Part shown: in pieces, positions 37,101 through 44,963 of the stretch
Position numbering within the stretch: position 1 is the first letter of the stretch
Layout of the letters: every line of letters starts with the position of its first letter
Assembly: GCA_043806035.1 (NCBI GenBank)
Contig: JAZDHK010000028.1
Coordinates: 1-64,000, forward strand
Origin: an archaeon
Lineage (GTDB): Archaea > Nanobdellota > Nanobdellia > Woesearchaeales > UBA9642
Length of the DNA: 64,000 bases
Direction of reading: 5' to 3'
Translations under genes and position numbers: made by a program
Notes under the pieces: generated by a model
Databases searched by the model: none
Told to the model about the DNA's origin: nothing
What the model saw: the letters and a program-made list of their open reading frames with translations, nothing else

Positions 37101-38837
37101 GTCGGTGATGAGCTGCAACGTTATTCTGTTGATGCTTTGCGGCTTGATCTCCCGCTCATAGACCTGAGCAGAGAAGAATGTCGGCGTATCATTTTCTAAA
37201 ACGCCAAGCACGGGCATGGTCTTCCTGTACAAGATTGTATTGTTGACGATGTCTGAGAAGATGAAGGTGAGGTCTGCGACAAAGTAGCCCTCACGCAGTA
37301 TCTGCACTTGCCATGTGCAGGCCTGGACGTCGTTCTCAAAAGAAGAGCACGTGGCTTGCCTGACCTCATCACTTGCAAGCTGGCTTACGTTGAGTGTTGC
37401 CTGGAGGGGGTTGAGTTCCTTGACGTATGCTGTTATGGTTACGGTGCTTCCCGTGATGGTCATGCCAAAGGGGTCGCTGCTGTTGAACGTCACGTTCTGG
37501 ATAACAGGAGCAAGTGTATCACAGACGACCACTGCAGAGTCTCCTTGCACCTCATTGCCCGCATCATCCCTGCTTCCGGCAACGAGATAGTAGTTAAGGG
37601 ACTGCCCGTCCTGGCATTGCACCGCAGCCCTGCCGTAACAGGTGCTTTGGTTGCAAGACTGCACCTGGTTCCTGCCATCGCCGACTGCGTAGAAAATTTG
37701 TAGGTCGTCGTACGTCTTGCCACTTCCTGCAAGGGTGATGATGAAGTCATTCACGCCATTCTGTACATAGCAGCGCTGCGCATCACAATATCCCGTACGC
37801 AATCCCTGAATGCCTGGCTGAGCGGTGTCGAGCGAGAATGACGCGGTGAGGTTTGCTTCTCCCACATTCCCTGCGCTGTCTTCCGCTACGATTCGTATCA
37901 TGACGCTGTCGCCATCAGAACGTAATTCCCTATCGAGGATGCTGCACGTGTACGTTGTCTCGTTCTGCTCGCACGAGGCCTGCGCAATGCCTTGCGGATG
38001 GGCGATATCATTTATTGTGGAAAGGTCCGCTGTCGCCCTTGCCAAGTCCTGCTCCTCAATACTGAAGTAGATGTTGATGTTTATGGGGAATCCTGGAGCG
38101 AGGCTGCCAATGGGCTGACCGTTCGCTCTCGTGATGATCAGATTACTTATCTCAGGAGGTGAGACGTCTATGCTGACATTTTGTTCCAGGCTGGAAAACT
38201 CATTTCCCAGCTTATCAGTAACGAGGACATGTACGACATGCGTGCCCGTCTCGAGGTCGCTCCTGTTCAGTGCCAATATTCCTGAATACATGCAGGACTG
38301 CCCTTCGACAAGGGATTCTGCGATGGTGCTGCCGTCCATGACGAGCTGGATGCTCTGCAGGCCAGAACAGGGAGAGGGATCTGTTGCCTGGACGTTTGCT
38401 TGCAATCCCTCTTCCAAGGAAAAGGATACGGTTGCGTCTGGAATCTGTTCGTCAACGAAAAGGCTTGCCGTGATGCTCTCCAGGCTATTGCTGAACTGAT
38501 AGGTTGCCTGCTGTTGCCCTTCGGGAAGCTCATCTGCAATCGTGCACGTGTACTGGAAGATGTTCGTTTCGGGAACGAGGCCTCCTGTGCAGCTCCCCTG
38601 CACGCCGGCCATGATTACTCCCACTGATTGGCTGTTCACGACAGCGGTGATTGTGTCTGACCTTGCCCTGAATCCTTCAACGCCATCGCCACCATGGATG
38701 CTTTGTAGGGACATGATGGCAAGCGCTGAACTGCAAGCGAGAAGCGCGACGAGCAGAAGGACAACGCTTTGCGCAAAACCACGAACGTATCGACTAGCAC
38801 TACTACCCTGCGCATCTGACACTACCCGCTTGTCCAC
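34200..38837 (-). CDS. Giant secreted Cys-rich surface protein with Ig-like repeats
   Basis: Signal peptide VLLLVALLACSSALA; repeated D..GN / D..PP.I Ig-like boundaries; Cys-rich helical core; 1545 aa. Confidence 0.7.
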   Translation of the reverse strand: MDKRVVSDAQGSSASRYVRGFAQSVVLLLVALLACSSALAIMSLQSIHGGDGVEGFRARSDTITAVVNSQSVGVIMAGVQGSCTGGLVPETNIFQYTCTIADELPEGQQQATYQFSNSLESITASLFVDEQIPDATVSFSLEEGLQANVQATDPSPCSGLQSIQLVMDGSTIAESLVEGQSCMYSGILALNRSDLETGTHVVHVLVTDKLGNEFSSLEQNVSIDVSPPEISNLIITRANGQPIGSLAPGFPININIYFSIEEQDLARATADLSTINDIAHPQGIAQASCEQNETTYTCSILDRELRSDGDSVMIRIVAEDSAGNVGEANLTASFSLDTAQPGIQGLRTGYCDAQRCYVQNGVNDFIITLAGSGKTYDDLQIFYAVGDGRNQVQSCNQSTCYGRAAVQCQDGQSLNYYLVAGSRDDAGNEVQGDSAVVVCDTLAPVIQNVTFNSSDPFGMTITGSTVTITAYVKELNPLQATLNVSQLASDEVRQATCSSFENDVQACTWQVQILREGYFVADLTFIFSDIVNNTILYRKTMPVLGVLENDTPTFFSAQVYEREIKPQSINRITLQLITDQGLEYPTFIPYRVSSTEPTAVLVHTKMGGCIYQIDGQFADYDILTVSVQDEELGLNERNRLNAYIVYGAANALPDTLIAICNISVYGRKDNIYYEKPQILTLRFPLHFRESSIGTPGEQFVEKIKHAEASTWNHMKWLDTVDKWASTLQQICQVDAYLNYAQQVGVVLKVTGDGINKLAPPAGTAPSRSGAAVVGAVQKITENVMGYKMENAVPFVGQMCDAMSCKLFDQYSPVKNLDQSVIKEVEGYQTGGGLGGTLKFGDLAENLGTSDLHNSLVMSILRFCVPAVMYNLNKFRQENCEYIQCLKEYSYRGLDVSYCEELHSTKQCQFIIGEVYELPFVRIGKNLFTNFNELIRNIGPVSLWKVLDNSVCKNTAVSEANLIANAEHETKFYLCQLPRAIYEAVDFQKRSTINRNFYYSSLPNYCAIANCVGPQCHAQGNSLFGFELPNIGGIEAVVQRSEGSYANLYREVRKYTTSYGLPRNPETGAQDDSYRRQMNMAQQNLLGFIDAYNTDPQNKDEGRQITSPLNEEGKMTSTDSVPGDEDYKPGSLDVSFDSAKGTVGPPNQGIQRREQGTNPTTTDAWKEWNQQLGNDAIPPEGSLIRAGGKVWRMQNGNWVSAEDSALPTDRTYSAPGVLTTQVLYNYQQSLDEYLSTTGVRSHEEPDSVARRNNADRTDALADQLYNDMNQYYAAMGNPNWRGSMSEADMKAVLEQGGDAAKTYVNQYALGVKKQLEQRRRITRMQEVADAISILTKFALEQFHLDKFLSSEYWFDQWGFTAGTKFLGYTDPDEWKNSLCNPNANNINAGKEGAVYSCKDRCSLVLSYAGEKIPYNYTENNQPASSIYTIIVYLGPVLQDPDLPRQRPVNYRIELRGQRRVNIDVREWSSLPFGETASVSFSTVSSYAYDQLCIVFQEPFPPSDLYQEREYCRPIRENVLSTGSPVPEEQNYAGPDGGPGEQRNPDI

Positions 38838-38870
38838 AACCCACCTCGAGGCGTTCTGCGAGAGGAGGAT

Positions 38871-39254
38871 TTATAAAGTTTGTTGCCGTGCTGCCCGTTC
38901 CTGTTTGAGACAGCGTTCGCACACGCCCGTCATGTCGAGCTGGAAGTGGCAGAGCTCTCCCTTGATGCTTCTCTTGATGTCTGCGATGCGCTGAAGATCC
39001 ACATGTATAGTCTTGTGGCAGCGCATGCAGGTGAAGTGGCAATGCATGTTCTTCTCTCGAGCATAGACCGTCACGTTGCCACACATAAACGCATGCAATT
39101 GCCTCTGGGCTCTTTGCTCTCGCAGGAAACGGTAGATGGTTGCTATGCCTATGCTGGGAAGCTTTGCTGCAAGGTCATCTGCAGAGAAGAATCCGCTCAT
39201 GCCGTGCAAGGTATTCTTCAGCAGTTCCTTCTGTCGTGTCCATCGTGAATTCAT
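38871..39254 (-). CDS. Fur/Zur-family metalloregulator
   Basis: R.T.Q, FFSADDL, SIGIATIYRFL, HCHFTCMRC, GVCERC. Confidence 0.9.
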   Translation of the reverse strand: MNSRWTRQKELLKNTLHGMSGFFSADDLAAKLPSIGIATIYRFLREQRAQRQLHAFMCGNVTVYAREKNMHCHFTCMRCHKTIHVDLQRIADIKRSIKGELCHFQLDMTGVCERCLKQERAARQQTL

Positions 39255-39277
39255 TATTGATAATGAAAATCAATAAG
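39251..39277. promoter_or_regulatory. Fur-box-like operator in the divergent fur/zip promoter
   Basis: GATAATGAAAATCAATAAG matches GATAATGATAATCATTATC at 15/19; overlapping inverted repeats TCATTAT-TG-ATAATGA and TTATTGAT-N7-ATCAATAA. Confidence 0.7.
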
Positions 39278-39308
39278 AAATATAAATGCTTTCCTTTTCT
39301 ACACACAC

Positions 39309-40067
39309 ATGCTTACCACTATTGGACCTTGGCCAGCAACCCTGTGCAGCGTTATTGCCGTCAGCCTCATCTCGCTCATCGGCATCTTCACACTGGGACT
39401 GAACAGGAAATTCTTGAACAGCATCATCTTCCTGCTCGTCAGTTTTGCCGTCGGCACGTTGATAGGGGATGTCTTCATCCACCTCCTGCCAGAAATCGCA
39501 GAAAGAGGCGGCCTGACCTTGCAGCGCTCGTTCGCCATACTCGCAGGCATCCTCCTGTTTTTCCTGCTCGAAAAGGTCGTCCATTGGCGGCACTGCCACC
39601 AGGAAACGACAAAAGACCATCCGCATCCTGTGGGTGTGATGAATCTTGTCGGCGATGGCCTGCATAACTTCATCGATGGCATGGTCATTGCGGGCAGCTA
39701 CATCATTAGCATGCCCATAGGCATCGCGACGACACTTGCAGTCATCATCCACGAAATTCCCCAGGAGATAGGAGATTTCGGCATTCTTATCCATGCAGGC
39801 TATTCGCGAGGCAAGGCACTGGTGCTCAACTTCCTCTCTGCGTTGCTTGCCGTGCTCGGTGCAGTGCTTGGTTTGCTGCTTGCCAGTAGGACAGAGCAGT
39901 TCGCCATGTACATCATCCCTTTCACCGCAGGCGGGTTCATCTACATTGCCGTCGCTGACCTCATCCCTGAATTGCACAAGACCACAAAGCCATGGAAGTC
40001 AATGCTGCAGCTGCTCACCTTACTTGCAGGCATAGGAATCATGATGCTGCTCCTGTTACTGGAATAA
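39309..40067 (+). CDS. ZIP family metal (Zn/Fe) transporter
   Basis: GDVFIHLLPE, HWRHCH, DGLHNFIDG, HEIPQEIGDF, AGGFIYIA..DLIPELH. Confidence 0.95.
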   Translation: MLTTIGPWPATLCSVIAVSLISLIGIFTLGLNRKFLNSIIFLLVSFAVGTLIGDVFIHLLPEIAERGGLTLQRSFAILAGILLFFLLEKVVHWRHCHQETTKDHPHPVGVMNLVGDGLHNFIDGMVIAGSYIISMPIGIATTLAVIIHEIPQEIGDFGILIHAGYSRGKALVLNFLSALLAVLGAVLGLLLASRTEQFAMYIIPFTAGGFIYIAVADLIPELHKTTKPWKSMLQLLTLLAGIGIMMLLLLLE

Positions 40068-40089
40068 ACTGCAACACAGCATAAACGGT

Positions 40090-41211
40090 TCAGGAGAAAT
40101 AGTGAGTGAAAAACTCTTCTTCAAACGGCTTGCGAGTGTCTACATTGAATTTTGAGCAGGGCGTGCTCGTTTCAATGCATCTATCTATTCCTTCTTCTGC
40201 GGTGGCGCACGCGTACAGTATGTTGAACGCAAGTGCGGGATGCTCGCAAAAATGTGCCTTCTGCTCTCTCGACAAATACCATCTCTTGAGAAATTTTTCC
40301 ATGCCGAGCTGTTCTGCTTCTGAGTGTATAGTGTTCATGGTCGAAACACAATCAAGCTCATCTCCAACTAGTCGCCATCTTACTTTTTCTTCTCGTGTGC
40401 TCTTGCCTTTCATCACGTCTTCTTTCAACGATTCGTACTGTGCGTGCAGTCTCTTGAGATCATGATCAAGCTGGTCTTTCTGGAAGAAGAATCGTGACGT
40501 TCCAAAATCAGTGATGACGCCGCCGTTCTTCCCCTGTCTGAATTCGTCAAGCCAATGGTTATGGTCATAGATGACGTCCAGCTTCGCAAGATCTGCATGC
40601 ATGCGAGCGCCTATCCTGACGAAAGGGATAAACGCTTCCGTAACCATTCCTGTCATCCGCTCAGCTTTTTCTCGGTCGCTAGGAAATCCGAATTGCGCCT
40701 GCCACAAATCTTTGTGGAATTGTAGTGAAAATGGTTCTGTTTTGAGAAGTTCTGCAAGCAAGCTCGGATACGCACTGTGGTCAAAGTAGTCTTCTGAAAA
40801 GAACTCTTGCCCTTGATGCAGGACGCGGGGCGCGATTTTTCCCGACACGACAGCAAGCACATCTTTCTCTCGTCGAGGATCATACTCATCATACATCTTG
40901 ATAACATACGTGTTGTCTTTTGTTTTTACGAGAAGAGGGATTCTGGTGCTGCCACGGATGATCTCGTGCGTGTCTTTGCTGCGCATGAGGGAGATTGTTG
41001 CGTCCTTCTCTCCCTTCTCTTCGAGGTAGTTTTTTGCCTTCCGAAAATAAGCGCTGTTTGGATGATTGATCCTGAACTCGTTTGTGGAAATGTTCAATAT
41101 GTTTTTTGCGAAGTTCGTAATTCTTTCCAAAGGTGCAGGATACGTTCGCTTTTCTTCGAAGTAGATACGTACTCGTTCTTTGAGCGATCGATGACAGTGC
41201 ATGCGGATCAT
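40090..41211 (-). CDS. Atypical kinase-fold protein (RIO/Bud32/Kdo-like)
   Basis: YVIKMY, REKDVL..IAPRV, EDYF, VIYDHNHWLDEF, VITDFGTSR. Confidence 0.6.
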   Translation of the reverse strand: MIRMHCHRSLKERVRIYFEEKRTYPAPLERITNFAKNILNISTNEFRINHPNSAYFRKAKNYLEEKGEKDATISLMRSKDTHEIIRGSTRIPLLVKTKDNTYVIKMYDEYDPRREKDVLAVVSGKIAPRVLHQGQEFFSEDYFDHSAYPSLLAELLKTEPFSLQFHKDLWQAQFGFPSDREKAERMTGMVTEAFIPFVRIGARMHADLAKLDVIYDHNHWLDEFRQGKNGGVITDFGTSRFFFQKDQLDHDLKRLHAQYESLKEDVMKGKSTREEKVRWRLVGDELDCVSTMNTIHSEAEQLGMEKFLKRWYLSREQKAHFCEHPALAFNILYACATAEEGIDRCIETSTPCSKFNVDTRKPFEEEFFTHYFS

Positions 41212-41433
41212 GGGCAGGAGAAACGCTATTTTGTTTATAAACGTTTTCTTTCTTATCACTATTAAGTAATAAATAATTTAGTGAACGGAGCAACACAACA
41301 AAAACAAATCAGTAAGCAATCCTTCATAAAACTTATAAATTAACTATCGTTAACTTTCTCTGAGGCAATGTGGTGTTTCATACAGTTTTCCTGTTTTTTT
41401 ATCTTGCACGGGTGATGATGGCAAATTAACACA

Positions 41434-41484
41434 CTACCTCCTGCGGATATGGCGCGCAGCACGCCTATCTCCGCAGGAGAGTAG
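41434..41484. other. Strong GC-rich intergenic hairpin
   Basis: CTAC-CTCCTGCGGA..GGCG..CGCC..TCCGCAGGAG-A-GTAG. Confidence 0.6.
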
Positions 41485-41548
41485 GCACTGCAAAAAGAAC
41501 GCACAATCATTACGATATGCAAGAAAAGAATATCGTCGAATGACTGAT

Positions 41549-41854
41549 TCAACGAGGAGTTCGCAACAGCCCATACAGGCGATCCGCCTGTTCGCGCACG
41601 TCAGCCTGCCGGTCGCCACGGGCAACGCTCACGACATTCAGTACAGTATACGCCTCCTGAGCAAGTTTTTCGGAATGTCCTGGCAGCGTAAAGTCCCGGC
41701 GATATGGTGTTTGCAGCAAGGATTCGTCAAGCAGTGACGTGATGCGTCGCAGTGTGTCTGCCCGCTTGCGTATATCATCAAGATATGCTTTCTTCTCTGT
41801 CGTTGTCTTCTTGAGAAATGTGTCAGGATGCAACAGCACGTTCTCTTCATTCAT
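41549..41854 (-). CDS. Hypothetical protein
   Basis: 101-aa ORF coupled by ATGA overlap to the upstream oxidoreductase. Confidence 0.55.
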   Translation of the reverse strand: MNEENVLLHPDTFLKKTTTEKKAYLDDIRKRADTLRRITSLLDESLLQTPYRRDFTLPGHSEKLAQEAYTVLNVVSVARGDRQADVREQADRLYGLLRTPR

Positions 41855-42807
41855 ATTCCCACATCGTTTCGTACCTTGTCAGCAATACTGAATGCGGCAG
41901 CGACGGCACTATCCCCCATTGCGACAACATTGATCCACTGCTTGTAGTGATCATCCCGTTCGAGCACGAATGGTGCTGAGGAGAACAGCACATCATGTTT
42001 TTTTGAAAAGACCACACGATAGTGTGTCTGAAGCGCATCGTCAAGAGCTTGAGGCATCTTCTTTTTTGTGAAGAACAATAAGGAGTCATCCTCTTGCAGC
42101 GAAGGACAGCTCTGCGTCTCGAGCCTGCCATTATACGTTGAGACGATGGCCCGATCATTACCGTCTAAACTCATGCATTCGATCGCCGAACCAATAGTGT
42201 GCTGCACCGCATACTCTCTTGACGTCAACATATTCGCAAGCCGTTCAGGACGAAGCGGAGCTGCGTTGATGACGACGTCTGCAACATACGACTTCGGCGT
42301 ATTCTCCATGTCAACCGTCTCCAAAACGAACACGTCATGCACGGTCACTTTTGCAACCGCACGATTGACGACGTGCACGGCTTCCTGCAGCTTCTTGGTA
42401 ATCGCGCCAGGATCGACAAGATATCCCTTGAACTGCACTGCACCCGTGGCGTGTATGCCCCTATCTACAAGGTCTTCTGCACATGCACACGTCACATTCG
42501 TCTCTTCGTCAACAATCGTGTCAAGAATGGATTTCGGATCGTCAGCAAGGACGAATTCGTTCATCTTCTCTCGAGGAAGCCGTTCTTCAAGGCAATAGGC
42601 GAGAAGTGCCTGTTTTCCTTCATTGGCCATGATGGAGAGTTGTCCTTCTCCAAAATACCTGCCGTGGATGACGCAGGGACGGAGAAGAGACGTTTCTGGA
42701 GGATGATACATATCAAAAAGAGCGACGTCGTGATAGGGTGTGAGCTTGTGCGCAATGGCCGAACCCACAATACCTCTGCCAATTACTGCAACACGCAAAC
42801 GAGACAT
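41851..42807 (-). CDS. Divergent FAD-dependent oxidoreductase (LhgO/DAO-like)
   Basis: VAVIGRGIVGSAIA, ETS..VIHGRY, VDPG, ADVVINAA; AGGTGA RBS. Confidence 0.7.
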   Translation of the reverse strand: MSRLRVAVIGRGIVGSAIAHKLTPYHDVALFDMYHPPETSLLRPCVIHGRYFGEGQLSIMANEGKQALLAYCLEERLPREKMNEFVLADDPKSILDTIVDEETNVTCACAEDLVDRGIHATGAVQFKGYLVDPGAITKKLQEAVHVVNRAVAKVTVHDVFVLETVDMENTPKSYVADVVINAAPLRPERLANMLTSREYAVQHTIGSAIECMSLDGNDRAIVSTYNGRLETQSCPSLQEDDSLLFFTKKKMPQALDDALQTHYRVVFSKKHDVLFSSAPFVLERDDHYKQWINVVAMGDSAVAAAFSIADKVRNDVGI

Positions 42808-42975
42808 GTTATCACCTTATAATGAATATTTTCTTCATTTTGAGAATGTCCTGATGCTTATAAAGATATCGCAAAAAAACGGCAGCATCGCTCACCGCAA
42901 CTAAAGGCAGCGCGTGCTCGAGCAAACGCTCTTTTCCAGCGGAGACTTTAAATAATAGCAGCATTCAGGACCTGC

Positions 42976-43713
42976 ATGCAAAAAACATTCCTGATCCTCA
43001 TCATCCTGATCGTCCTTCCCTTCACCCTGGCATATCCAAAACTGACCGGCTATGTAACTGACACAGCAGGCATCATCACCCAGCCTGCACTCCTCGAACA
43101 GCACATTGCTCAGATTGAGCAGAATACCACTGCAGAAATAGCCATCGTCACCGTACCCAATCTGGAGGGAGAGGAAATCAACGCGTATGCCGTCAAGCTT
43201 TTCGAGGAAGCAGGCATCGGCAAGAAGGACAAGGACAACGGCATGCTCATCCTCATAGCCGTGCAGGAAAAGCAGTACAAGATTCTCGTCGGTTATGGGC
43301 TGGAGGGAAGCATTCCCGATGCCAACGCACGTATCATAGGGGAGAAGGTCATGGCCCCTGCATTCAAGCAGGATGACTTTGATGGCGGTTTGCAGAATGC
43401 ATTGACGGTCATCGAAGGATTCCTCGTAAACAATGAGGAAATCATTTCACAATACCAAAAGCAAAGCCTCTTCGACAGAACTGAGCTGTACTACCTGCTT
43501 ATTTTTCTAGCGCCGCTCATCATGACCCTCATCATCTTCACGCTCATGAACAAGAAAAGAAACAATAACAAGCCCATACCTCCCATCATGTTCGGCGGAT
43601 TCGGCGGCGGATTCGGTGGAGGGCTGACCGGGTTCGGCGGCGGATTCAGAGGAGGGTTCGGCGGATTCGGTGGGGGAATGACGGGTGGCGGCGGATTCGG
43701 AGGACACTGGTGA
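42976..43713 (+). CDS. TPM-domain (YgcG-like) membrane protein
   Basis: GYVTDTAG, GIGKKDKDNGMLILIA, VGYGLEG.IPD, C-terminal GGFGG repeats ending GGHW. Confidence 0.93.
   Translation: MQKTFLILIILIVLPFTLAYPKLTGYVTDTAGIITQPALLEQHIAQIEQNTTAEIAIVTVPNLEGEEINAYAVKLFEEAGIGKKDKDNGMLILIAVQEKQYKILVGYGLEGSIPDANARIIGEKVMAPAFKQDDFDGGLQNALTVIEGFLVNNEEIISQYQKQSLFDRTELYYLLIFLAPLIMTLIIFTLMNKKRNNNKPIPPIMFGGFGGGFGGGLTGFGGGFRGGFGGFGGGMTGGGGFGGHW
43591..43703 (+). repeat. Gly-Gly-Phe coding tandem repeats
   Basis: Repeated TTCGGCGG(A/C) units encoding the FGGFGGG tail. Confidence 0.8.
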
Positions 43714-43717
43714 GAAC

Positions 43718-44377
43718 ATGGAACAACTGACTGAGGAGTGCAAGAAGATTCTCGGCAAGAATCTCCTATCTATCATTGAGTTCGGCAGCGAGGGCAAGCA
43801 GACGAGCGTGATCATCATCTGCAAGGACTTGCCGTTCGCGATCATCGAACGTCTCAAGAAGACAATGCGGGAATTCATGCAACGGACAGGCATCGTTCCT
43901 CTGCTGTCGACAAAGAAAGAGCTGCTGCGCAGCACTGACGTTTTTCCTCTCGAGCTCATCGACATCAAATACCCGCATCGCGTCCTCTACGGCCAAGATG
44001 TGCTCGAGAAGCTGTCCTTCAAACGGGCAGAGGTGCGACGTGAGATAGAGTTCGAGCTGCGAAGCAAGCTCATCCATCTCAGGACACAATACCTCACGGC
44101 AAAAAACACCAAAGAGATCAATGCACTCATGCAGGCAGCAGTGCCAACGCTCATGCCGCTCTTCTATGGCCTGCTCTTCCTCAAGCAGACCACCGTTCCC
44201 GTCACCCTGCGGGAGCTCTACGGCCGTGTCGAGGAACTCTATCATGTCGACCTGAGGATATTCCATGCCATCCGCAAACGAGAGATTGTTGAGCGGGATA
44301 CGAAGAAGAACATTAGTGATCTTATCGAGGTCTTGGAAACATTAATAAACATCATTGATACGCTGAAGGTCAGGTGA
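43718..44377 (+). CDS. Nucleotidyltransferase-like protein with degenerate active site
   Basis: ILGKNLLSIIEFGS, DVFPLELIDIK..RVLYGQDVL, EFELRSKLIHLR; lies between TPM and LemA. Confidence 0.7.
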   Translation: MEQLTEECKKILGKNLLSIIEFGSEGKQTSVIIICKDLPFAIIERLKKTMREFMQRTGIVPLLSTKKELLRSTDVFPLELIDIKYPHRVLYGQDVLEKLSFKRAEVRREIEFELRSKLIHLRTQYLTAKNTKEINALMQAAVPTLMPLFYGLLFLKQTTVPVTLRELYGRVEELYHVDLRIFHAIRKREIVERDTKKNISDLIEVLETLINIIDTLKVR

Positions 44378-44381
44378 TACC

Positions 44382-44963
44382 ATGGCTCGTCGCATAAACG
44401 GAGGCACTGTCGCGCTCATCGCAATAGCTGCCGTCATCATTATCTGCATCGTCTGGTTCATTGCAACGTACAACGGACTCATTCTCGCGAAAGCGAACGT
44501 CGATGCGGCGTGGGCGAACGTCCAAACGCAGTATCAGCGACGTGCAGACCTCATTCCCAACCTGGTCACTATCGCAAACAAGACGGCGAATTTCCAGCAG
44601 GAGACATTCACCGAGATAACGCAGCTCCGGTCGCAGTGGGGACAGGCGCAGCAATCAGGAGACCGGGCGCAGATGGATCAACTCGGCCAGGAGATGGGCA
44701 GCGCACTCTCGCGGCTGCTTGTTGTCGTCGAGAACTACCCCAGTCTGGACATCGAGGCATTCACCACCTTGCAGGCGCAGGTCGAGGGGACAGAGAACAG
44801 GGTGTCCGTTGAAAGGACACGATACAATGCACAGGTAAAGGTATTCAATGTCAAGATCAAGATATTCCCCACTGTGCTCGTCGCAAACATGTTCGGCTTC
44901 ACGGCAGAAGAGTACTTTGCTGCACAGCCTGGCACAGAACAAGTTCCTGTCGTGACGTTCTAA
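44382..44963 (+). CDS. lemA: LemA family protein
   Basis: YNGL..AWANVQTQYQRRADLIPNLV, VENYP.L, EGTENRVSVER.RYN, FPT..VANMFGF. Confidence 0.96.
   Translation: MARRINGGTVALIAIAAVIIICIVWFIATYNGLILAKANVDAAWANVQTQYQRRADLIPNLVTIANKTANFQQETFTEITQLRSQWGQAQQSGDRAQMDQLGQEMGSALSRLLVVVENYPSLDIEAFTTLQAQVEGTENRVSVERTRYNAQVKVFNVKIKIFPTVLVANMFGFTAEEYFAAQPGTEQVPVVTF

Noticed and set aside
39270-39977. 235-aa minus-strand ORF
   Set aside because: Antisense to the clear ZIP transporter gene
43591-43703. Tandem repeats as a CRISPR array or VNTR
   Set aside because: They encode the normal Gly/Phe tail of TPM proteins; no spacers and no cas genes
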